Origin: a virus
Lineage: Duplodnaviria > Caudoviricetes
Virus record (IMG/VR): IMGVR_UViG_3300032233_002337
Location: 1 to 33,409 of that record
Strand: one strand, 5' to 3'
Length of the DNA stretch: 33,409 nucleotides
Part shown: positions 9,017 to 16,241 of the stretch, in pieces
Layout of the letters: every line of letters starts with the position of its first letter
Numbering within the stretch: position 1 is the first letter of the stretch
Translations under genes and position numbers: made by a program
Notes under the pieces: model-generated
What the model was told of the DNA's origin: nothing
What the model saw: the letters and a program-made list of their open reading frames with translations, nothing else
The model's database searches: none

Positions 9017-9454
9017 ATGGAACAAATAAAGGTAGAAGATTTAATAAACAATCCTGATTTCGTTATTGATGATTTTGTTGGTTATGTCTATATCACAACA
9101 CACATCCCCACTGGCCGCCAGTATATTGGACGAAAAGCATTTTTCCATAATACAACTAAGAAATTAGGTAAGAAGGAACTAGCCGAAATTCCTGTTACTA
9201 AGGGACGAAGACCAACTAAAAAATCTGTTGTGAAAGAAAGTGACTGGAAGACCTACTATGGTTCAGCTACTGAAATTAAGTTATGTAAGCCCGAGGATAT
9301 GATACGTCACGTTTTACGTTTATGTAGAACTAAAAAGGAACTAACATACTACGAGGCGAAATATCTATTCCAATATAACGTATTAGAGGATAAAAATTAC
9401 ATCAACGATAATATACTAGGAAAATTTTATAGTAAAGATTTGATATTGTCATAA
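9017..9454 (+). CDS. GIY-YIG family endonuclease
   Basis: GYVY...GRQYIGRK motif, downstream E (YYEAK) and N (YINDN), and ESDWKTYYGS as seen in T4-like phage members. Confidence 0.8.
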   Translation: MEQIKVEDLINNPDFVIDDFVGYVYITTHIPTGRQYIGRKAFFHNTTKKLGKKELAEIPVTKGRRPTKKSVVKESDWKTYYGSATEIKLCKPEDMIRHVLRLCRTKKELTYYEAKYLFQYNVLEDKNYINDNILGKFYSKDLILS

Positions 9455-9470
9455 TAAGATCGTATATTCG
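9439..9470 (+). promoter_or_regulatory. Putative Bacteroidota-type (-33/-7) host-sigma early promoter
   Basis: TTTG (9439-9442) + 20 nt + TATATTCG (9463-9470), 5 nt before the primase ATG. The Bacteroidota consensus is TTTG...TAnnTTTG. Confidence 0.55.
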
Positions 9471-9475
9471 AGGTT

Positions 9476-10414
9476 ATGGATAATACAGCTCTATTATTTT
9501 TAACTGAATCGGTACTAGGCAAGGGTCAATCTACTAGTAAAGGCAACTATGCTTTTAAGTGTCCCTTCTGTACACACCACAAAAATAAAATGGAGATTAG
9601 TCTACGCACAACGGAAAAGAAAGAAAATTTCTGGCATTGTTGGGTATGTGGAGCTAAAGGTAAAACATTATTATCGTTATTTAAGAAAATAAAGGCACCA
9701 TCTACTAAAATAGCAGAATTAAACATATTAGTAGTACCTAATAAAAAACAAGATCAAACAGAACACGGATTATTAATATTACCAAAAGAATTTATTTCAC
9801 TATCTACTCCTACCTCAGATAAAATAGCTCAAATTGAATCAAAACATGCTTTAAAATTTTTATCTAAACGTGGTATTACCACAGACGATATTATAAAATA
9901 TAGTATTGGTTTTTGCAAAGAAGGACCTTATGCTGAACGAGTTATTATTCCTTCATATAGTGATTTAGGCCAATTAAATTATTTTATAGCTAGAGCCTAT
10001 AAAGATTCAGATCGAAAATATAAAAACCCTCCAATTGCAGCTAAAGAAGCTATTGGTTTTGAACTATATATAAATTGGGATGCACCAATCATACTTGTTG
10101 AAGGTATGTTTGATGCTTTAACAATTAAACGTAATGTTATACCATTATTTGGTAAAGTATTACATGAAAAACTAATGAAAAAGTTAGTCGAATCTTCTGT
10201 TAATCGTATCTATATTGCTTTAGATAATGACGCTAGAAAGGATGCTTTAAAACAAGCTGAAACTCTAATGTCGTATGGTAAAGAAGTATATTTGGTAGAG
10301 ATGGAAGGTAAAGACGCTAATGAAATTGGTTTTGAACAATTTTTAAACACAATTGAGCAAACACTACCCCTGAACTTTCAGAGTTTGCTTGAAAAAAAAT
10401 TAAACCTAATATGA
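9476..10414 (+). CDS. DNA primase (DnaG-type: Zn-binding domain + TOPRIM)
   Basis: CPFCxH...WHCWVC zinc finger, RVIIP, KYKNP, and TOPRIM motifs LVEGMFDA, IALDND and KDANE. Confidence 0.92.
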   Translation: MDNTALLFLTESVLGKGQSTSKGNYAFKCPFCTHHKNKMEISLRTTEKKENFWHCWVCGAKGKTLLSLFKKIKAPSTKIAELNILVVPNKKQDQTEHGLLILPKEFISLSTPTSDKIAQIESKHALKFLSKRGITTDDIIKYSIGFCKEGPYAERVIIPSYSDLGQLNYFIARAYKDSDRKYKNPPIAAKEAIGFELYINWDAPIILVEGMFDALTIKRNVIPLFGKVLHEKLMKKLVESSVNRIYIALDNDARKDALKQAETLMSYGKEVYLVEMEGKDANEIGFEQFLNTIEQTLPLNFQSLLEKKLNLI

Positions 10415-11193
10415 TTGATAAAAACGTCAACATAATAAAAGATCCCAAAATCAAACGTATTGTTGAATACGCTGAAGGGGACAAACAAGTAAATGTACTA
10501 GATTCTAGATTCTACAGACGTGAAGGTAATTATTACCCTTCAGTAACATCTGTTTTAAACTATTTCCCTAAAAATCAATTCTTCCACTCTTGGTTAAAAG
10601 ATGTAGGACATAATAGCGATATTATTGCTGCTAAAGCTGCAGGTGAAGGTACTCAAGTACACACAGCGGTGGATGATTTTTTAAATGGTAAAGAAATTAC
10701 TTGGATTGATGAATTTGGAAATGCTAAATACAATTTAGATGTATGGAAAATGATTTTACGTTTTGCTGATTTTTGGAACACACATAAACCAGAATTAATC
10801 GCAACCGAATACCATTTATTTTCAGATGTACACAAATATGCTGGTACGGCCGATTTAGTCGTTAGATTATTTGATAACATATGGTTACTAGATCTCAAGA
10901 CATCGAACAGTTTACATACGTCATATGATTTACAATTAGCCGCTTATGCTACAGCTTGGAATGAAACTCATGATGAGAAAGTAACTCATACAGGTATTTT
11001 GTGGGTTAAAGCAAATACACGTAGCGAGGGTAAAGGCGATAAAATTCAAGGTAAAGGTTGGGAATTAAAAGTCGTAAATGACATTGAAAAGAACTTTACA
11101 ATGTTTAAAAACATATACGAAATATACACATTAGAAAATCCTAACTTTAAGCCAGTAACCGAAACGTTACCTATTAGCGTTAAGATAGCATAA
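10411..11193 (+). CDS. PD-(D/E)XK (Cas4/RecB-like) phage exonuclease
   Basis: YPSVTSVL, GTQVH, YAGTADL, DLKTS and QLAAYA motifs. ATGA overlap with the primase gene. Confidence 0.88.
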   Translation: MIDKNVNIIKDPKIKRIVEYAEGDKQVNVLDSRFYRREGNYYPSVTSVLNYFPKNQFFHSWLKDVGHNSDIIAAKAAGEGTQVHTAVDDFLNGKEITWIDEFGNAKYNLDVWKMILRFADFWNTHKPELIATEYHLFSDVHKYAGTADLVVRLFDNIWLLDLKTSNSLHTSYDLQLAAYATAWNETHDEKVTHTGILWVKANTRSEGKGDKIQGKGWELKVVNDIEKNFTMFKNIYEIYTLENPNFKPVTETLPISVKIA

Positions 11194-11214
11194 TAAGTAC
11201 AAACAACAATATTT

Positions 11215-11252
11215 ATAGGTGGCTTGGCTCGTCCAGGTCACCTATTTATATT
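11215..11252 (+). terminator. 13-bp hairpin followed by a T-rich tail (terminator-like), flanked by two TATTTATA motifs (11210-11217 and 11243-11250)
   Basis: ATAGGTGGCTTGG-CTCGT-CCAGGTCACCTAT (two G-U pairs), followed by TTATATT. Confidence 0.6.
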
Positions 11253-11257
11253 CACGT

Positions 11258-12013
11258 ATGATCAAATTATTAGATTTACTTAAAGAAGCACAATCCAAAC
11301 CAAAAGCCATATTCATGGCGGGCCCCGCTGGTTCTGGTAAAACGTTTGTATCTGCGCAGTTAATACCGAAAAATTTGACTGTAATTAATGTCGATGACAC
11401 CTATGAAGAATTATTGAAAGCAGCAGGTTTAGGCATGAAAATCGCAGATTTCGATCAAGATCAATTATCTCAAGCAGGTAAATTAATGGGTCAAGCTCAA
11501 AAGGCAACTAAAGAAAAATACGCGGAATTATCTGGGGCTAAAAAAGATATTGTTATAGATGGTACGGGTGCTGCTAGTAAACCACTATTAAAGAAAAAAC
11601 AAGAATTAGAAGAATTAGGCTACGATACAATGATGGTCATGATTTGGGTTTCACCTTACACATCATTAGAACGTAATGCTGGTCGTGATCGTGCATTAGC
11701 ACCTGCTATTGTTGTTAAAACATGGGCTGGTGTAAATGCTAATATTGATAATTACAAACAAGCATTCGGTGATAAATTTGCTTTAATTAATAATGATCCT
11801 GAAGGTAAAGCAGAATATGATCCTGCTGTTGCTAGAGAGAGATTCTTTAAAACAGTAAAAGGTAGCGGTAAGGTTTATACACCAGACGAAAAAGCAAAGC
11901 GTGATAAAGAAATATTAGACTTAAACACTGCAATACAAACACTAGTTAAAAGAACACCAGAATTTACATCTATGGATGATGCTAAATCTAAAATAAATAG
12001 TTTTCTTAAGTGA
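11258..12013 (+). CDS. Zeta-toxin-like/AAA_33 P-loop kinase with N-terminal MIKLLDLLKE leader
   Basis: PKAIFMAGPAGSGKT Walker A, INVDD, IVIDGTG, and SLERNAGRDR lid motif. I reassigned the start from GTG 11219 to ATG 11258 because of the leader and the upstream promoter. Confidence 0.8.
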   Translation: MIKLLDLLKEAQSKPKAIFMAGPAGSGKTFVSAQLIPKNLTVINVDDTYEELLKAAGLGMKIADFDQDQLSQAGKLMGQAQKATKEKYAELSGAKKDIVIDGTGAASKPLLKKKQELEELGYDTMMVMIWVSPYTSLERNAGRDRALAPAIVVKTWAGVNANIDNYKQAFGDKFALINNDPEGKAEYDPAVARERFFKTVKGSGKVYTPDEKAKRDKEILDLNTAIQTLVKRTPEFTSMDDAKSKINSFLK

Positions 12014-12684
12014 TTAAATTATTAGATATATTAAAAGAAATTGATGCAAATACTAGTGGTGTTTGGTATCATGGCTCTATAATAAACATTAATCAAGCTG
12101 ATTTAGATCCTTTATATAGACAGAATAAGGGTAAAGAATTCATGGTTCAAAAAGCTACAGATACTGGTCGTACTGGATCTCAAGATGGGGTTGGTATTTA
12201 TTTTGGTAAAGATAAAACTTGTATAGATTCTTTCTGCCCTATGAACTATACAGGATTTTATGCTCCAAATGCAAAACAAGGATTTATGTATGAAATGAAG
12301 CTAAAACCTAATGCTAAAATAGAAAAAAAGAACGACTTACATGCTATAGGAGTAGAAGCTTTTAATAGATTTAGACAAGAAGGAATAGATGCTTTTACTA
12401 ATGGAGCTGAACTAAACTTATTAAACTCAGAAGTTATACAATCTTTTAGAAAAATAATGGAATGGAAAGTAGTACCTGCATTGGTACCTAATATTAGAGG
12501 AAAGAAAGGAGAAGTGTTAGAATTTAATAATGATCAAGAAATGTTAAATTACCTGAAGACAGAATTAGGTGAATATTCTATTTTTACAAATAAAGATGGA
12601 TTTAAAAATTATATTTCTAAAGATGATAATGTTGAAAAAAGTTTTATAGAATCAACAGATAATAGAAAATGGTTTAACGTATAA
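12010..12684 (+). CDS. Putative ADP-ribosyltransferase (H-Y-E clade, ART-PolyVal-like) with MIKLLDILKE leader
   Basis: VWYHGS ... GVGIYFG ... GFMYEMKL ... AELNLLN pattern matches the HG[ST]/GxGxYF/E layout of these ART folds. GTG start overlaps the upstream TGA. Confidence 0.6.
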   Translation: MIKLLDILKEIDANTSGVWYHGSIININQADLDPLYRQNKGKEFMVQKATDTGRTGSQDGVGIYFGKDKTCIDSFCPMNYTGFYAPNAKQGFMYEMKLKPNAKIEKKNDLHAIGVEAFNRFRQEGIDAFTNGAELNLLNSEVIQSFRKIMEWKVVPALVPNIRGKKGEVLEFNNDQEMLNYLKTELGEYSIFTNKDGFKNYISKDDNVEKSFIESTDNRKWFNV

Positions 12685-12694
12685 AATATAAATA

Positions 12695-14068
12695 ATGAAT
12701 TTAGGTAAATACATAGCAGAAGCATTATTAGAAGCAGAAAATCAACCAACTATCGCTTTATTCCCTGGTGCTTTTAAACCACCTCACAAAGGTCACTTTG
12801 CTGTGGTTAAAAAATTATTAGAAAAAGCAGATCAAGTAGTTGTATTAATTTCACCTAAAACACGTGAAGGTGTAACTGTAGATGAAAGTCTTGCTATATG
12901 GGATTTATATAAAACTGTTTTAGACGGTTCTGTTGAAGTTAGAGTTGCAGCTGGAAGTCCAGTTCAAGAAGCATATAGAGTAGCAAAAGATAATCCTGAT
13001 ACTAAATTTATTTTAGCTGCAGGTAAAGATGAAGATTCACGTTTTACTAGTGCTCAAAAACTTCCAAACACAGAAGTATTTAATGCAGGTAATATTGAAG
13101 GTACAAACGCAACTGAATTACGTGTTGCTTTACAAACTAATAATGAAGATGCTATTAAACAATATCTTCCAGATGGAATTGATATAGTAGATTTCTTACA
13201 AGCATTAAGTAAAAGAGTTAAAGCAAATACCGATGCTACACCTGTAGATGTTGATTTACAAGAAAGACAATATCAAAACCAAGATGATACATTTACAGAA
13301 TATGTTGCTAACGAAGAAACTGAAATTGAACGTACAGCCGAACATTTTAATATTCCTATTCCAGATGTAAGATATGCTTTTACAGCAGGTAATATGGTTG
13401 TATTAAGTGATGATATTTGGTCTAAATTAGAAAATAGTGATTCATATGAAGTTAATTCATTAGAAGATGCTATTAAATTAGCTACTGAATATGGTAAAGA
13501 TTATAAATCAACATTAGATGCTATTAAAGCAGATAAAACTATTAATCCACCAATGGTATTAAACTATGATAAAGATAAATACTATTTAGTTGGTGGTAAT
13601 ACACGTTTAATGTTCTATAAAGCATTAGGTAAAATACCTAAGGTATTAATGGGTGTATTGGATCTAGATGGTCCTAAACCGTTTCCATTAAAAGAAGTTA
13701 AAAAACTAAACGAGAGCGAAACGGGTACAATAGGAGAATTTGTTAAATTTGCAATTAAAAACTTGGGGATTCAAAATCCTCCTCGTAACTTATCCCTATC
13801 ATATGATACAAATAAGGCGAAGGAAATGAGGAGTTTTGGATATTTTGATCCGAATAGTAATAAAATATGGGTTTACTGTGGAAATAGAAACATGGGTGAT
13901 ATATTAAGAACATTAGCACATGAACTAGTACACCGTAAACAAGACGAAGACGGACGTATTAACTACGAAAGTGGTAAAACAGGAAGTGAGATTGAAAATG
14001 AGGCGAACGCTAAAGCAGGAATCTTATTAAGAGATTTTGGCAAACAACACGAAGAAATTTATCAATAG
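12695..14068 (+). CDS. Three-domain protein: HxGH nucleotidyltransferase + ParB/sulfiredoxin-like domain + zincin (HExxH) metallopeptidase
   Basis: FPGAFKPPHKGH; INPPMVL...YLVGGNTRL; LRTLAHELVHRKQ...ENEANA. Confidence 0.78.
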   Translation: MNLGKYIAEALLEAENQPTIALFPGAFKPPHKGHFAVVKKLLEKADQVVVLISPKTREGVTVDESLAIWDLYKTVLDGSVEVRVAAGSPVQEAYRVAKDNPDTKFILAAGKDEDSRFTSAQKLPNTEVFNAGNIEGTNATELRVALQTNNEDAIKQYLPDGIDIVDFLQALSKRVKANTDATPVDVDLQERQYQNQDDTFTEYVANEETEIERTAEHFNIPIPDVRYAFTAGNMVVLSDDIWSKLENSDSYEVNSLEDAIKLATEYGKDYKSTLDAIKADKTINPPMVLNYDKDKYYLVGGNTRLMFYKALGKIPKVLMGVLDLDGPKPFPLKEVKKLNESETGTIGEFVKFAIKNLGIQNPPRNLSLSYDTNKAKEMRSFGYFDPNSNKIWVYCGNRNMGDILRTLAHELVHRKQDEDGRINYESGKTGSEIENEANAKAGILLRDFGKQHEEIYQ

Positions 14069-14070
14069 TT

Positions 14071-14538
14071 ATGTATATTATTTATTGTGACATGGATGGA
14101 GTCCTTGTCGATTTTGAAAGAGGTTACGCTGAGTTAACAAATACAAAACCAGCTAAGTCATTTAACGGTAAAGCCGAATTTTGGGAACCTATTAGTAAAG
14201 CAGGTGCTCAATGGTGGGCTAATCTACCTTGGATGCCTGATGGACAAGAATTATGGCGTTATATTAAAAAATATAATCCAAATATTCTATCAGCACCATC
14301 ACAAGATCCTTCATCTAAAATAGGTAAGGAAGCTTGGTTAAAAATGAACTTACAAAACAGTTTTAAAAAAGCATATTTTTATAATAGAGCTAATAAAAAA
14401 TTATTTGCAGGCCCAAATCGTATATTAATCGATGATATGCAACAAACCATCGATGAATGGAATACTGCAGGTGGTGTTGGTATATTTCATACTTCAGCTG
14501 CTGATACAATAATTCAACTTAAAAAATTAGGGTTATAA
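14071..14538 (+). CDS. HAD-superfamily 5'(3')-deoxyribonucleotidase-like phosphatase
   Basis: YCDMDGVLVDF, ILSAP, K..WL, ILIDD and W..AGG.GI motifs. Confidence 0.85.
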   Translation: MYIIYCDMDGVLVDFERGYAELTNTKPAKSFNGKAEFWEPISKAGAQWWANLPWMPDGQELWRYIKKYNPNILSAPSQDPSSKIGKEAWLKMNLQNSFKKAYFYNRANKKLFAGPNRILIDDMQQTIDEWNTAGGVGIFHTSAADTIIQLKKLGL

Positions 14539-15119
14539 TGGAAGAATCAAAACTACAACGTGAGTTTAAAGGACGCGACGTTCAACGTATGCGTAATATT
14601 ATTACAAAAGATTATAATGCGAAAACCACAACACAAGTTGGATATAGTAAAGCTTATGTTGATCATAAAGAAGGTGATGTTTGGGAAGAAGATGGTAAAA
14701 AATGGACTTTAAAAAACGGAATTAAACAAACAGTAACACGTTTTGATTCACTTAAAAAAGCAATAAACTTACCTATATCATGTCCTAATTGCAATAAAGG
14801 TATGAAAACAACCACATTAAATAAAAAAATGTGGCCTATACATAAAATGTGTTTTGATTGTGTTATTACAATGGAAACCGAATTAAAGCGCACAGGTGGA
14901 TACGAAGAATATGTTCGTAATATTACTAATCGAGGTGTTAAAACATATATTAAAGATTTAGAAGATGCATTATTAGACATGGCATCTGAAAGTAATGAAA
15001 GTTTTGTAACAGAAGCCGGCGATATTGAAAAATGGGGTGGCAATGGTTTAGACAATAAGAAACTAACCGAAGATTTACAGGAATATATAGAAAAATTAAA
15101 GGACCACGTTACTTCTTAA
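14538..15119 (+). CDS. Hypothetical phage protein with Zn-ribbon
   Basis: CPNC...H..CFDC, with TAATG coupling to the upstream gene. Confidence 0.75.
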   Translation: MEESKLQREFKGRDVQRMRNIITKDYNAKTTTQVGYSKAYVDHKEGDVWEEDGKKWTLKNGIKQTVTRFDSLKKAINLPISCPNCNKGMKTTTLNKKMWPIHKMCFDCVITMETELKRTGGYEEYVRNITNRGVKTYIKDLEDALLDMASESNESFVTEAGDIEKWGGNGLDNKKLTEDLQEYIEKLKDHVTS

Positions 15120-15127
15120 TATTTATA
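15120..15127 (+). promoter_or_regulatory. Putative late promoter TATTTATA
   Basis: Intergenic. The context AATATTTATAGGT is identical to 11208-11220. Confidence 0.65.
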
Positions 15128-15153
15128 GGTATAATTCACTATAAATTTTTTTA

Positions 15154-15432
15154 ATGGAAAACATTTGGTCGGTACTTATCACAGCAATTACAGTTTTGAG
15201 TGGTACATCAGCCTTTAGATATTACGAAAAGCGTGCACAACGCAAAGAACGTGATGATGAATTTATTCGCCATGATTGCAAAGATCGTATTTCTAAACTA
15301 GAAGCACTATTAGAAAGATCATCCCTAGAAAAAGATGAAATGCGTGCTCAAATACTAGATTTAGTAGCTGAAGTAGCAGCATTACGTACAGAAATTAAGT
15401 ATTTAACTGATAGACGTACTGGTGGTATATGA
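15154..15432 (+). CDS. Small membrane protein, N-terminal TM + coiled coil (possible holin-like)
   Basis: Hydrophobic IWSVLITAITVLSG followed by a heptad-rich charged tail. The holin role is speculative. Confidence 0.6.
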   Translation: MENIWSVLITAITVLSGTSAFRYYEKRAQRKERDDEFIRHDCKDRISKLEALLERSSLEKDEMRAQILDLVAEVAALRTEIKYLTDRRTGGI

Positions 15433-15842
15433 TAAAATTAACAGAAATATTACAAGATATATTAGCTGAAAAAAAACTTTGTAAAAAAGGTAAAGCTTAT
15501 TACAATCGCCGTAGAGCTGCTGGTGAAAAACCTTCAGCTTATCTTTCTGGTCGTGCTGTTAAAGTATGTAAAGGTTTAATGGAAGAAGATGATTTAGATA
15601 TGCACGAATCATTACGTGATTGGTTTAAAAAAGAAGATTGGGTTCGTATTGATACAGCAGGCAACATAACTGGACCTTGTGGCACAATGAAAAAAGGTAA
15701 TAAAACAACTCGTTGTTTACCTCGTGCTAAAGCAAATAGTTTATCTAAAGCTGAACGCGCTGCTACATCAAAGAAAAAAGCAGCATCAAATAAACAATTT
15801 GTACCTAATACTAAAAAAGCAAAAGTAAAACTTAATAAATAG
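15429..15842 (+). CDS. Leader-bearing (MIKLTEILQDILAE) two-module basic protein
   Basis: Modules LCKKGK...PSAYLSGRAVKVCKG and SLRDWFKKEDWVRI...CG...CLP are joined by an acidic LMEEDDLDMHE linker. Confidence 0.75.
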   Translation: MIKLTEILQDILAEKKLCKKGKAYYNRRRAAGEKPSAYLSGRAVKVCKGLMEEDDLDMHESLRDWFKKEDWVRIDTAGNITGPCGTMKKGNKTTRCLPRAKANSLSKAERAATSKKKAASNKQFVPNTKKAKVKLNK

Positions 15843-15845
15843 ACT

Positions 15846-16241
15846 ATGATAAAATTAGTAGATATATTAAAAGAAGAAATAGACGAATATGATGTCGTAA
15901 ATGAAGACGATATAAGATCATTCGTTACATTTTTAAAAGAATATAAGCAAGTATTATCTGAAGGATGTGGTTGCTTAACCGAAGCAGAATACCGTGGTCG
16001 TAAAGTGCAGTTAGGTAAGATAATGCAAGGTGATATAAAGAAATTTAAGGTATTTGTTAAGAATAATAAGGGTAAAGTTGTAAAAGTTAACTTTGGATTT
16101 GGTGGTAAATCAGCTAAAGGAAAAAGAATGGTGATTAAAGCTAAAAACCCTAAAAGACGAGCAGCATACCGAGCAAGACATAATTGTGATAACCCAGGAC
16201 CACGCTGGAAAGCGAATTATTGGTCATGTAAAAAATGGTAA
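15846..16241 (+). CDS. Leader-bearing (MIKLVDILKE) protein with basic C-terminal domain
   Basis: After LTE the sequence reads AEYRGRKV...KVNFG...RRAAYRARHNC...NYWSCKKW. I recall this small basic domain from T4-like phages but have not verified the family name. Confidence 0.75.
   Translation: MIKLVDILKEEIDEYDVVNEDDIRSFVTFLKEYKQVLSEGCGCLTEAEYRGRKVQLGKIMQGDIKKFKVFVKNNKGKVVKVNFGFGGKSAKGKRMVIKAKNPKRRAAYRARHNCDNPGPRWKANYWSCKKW

Noticed and set aside
10411-11193. Cas4-like nuclease as part of a CRISPR-Cas locus
   Set aside because: No array or other cas genes, no Fe-S cysteine cluster, and it is coupled to primase as an ordinary phage exonuclease.
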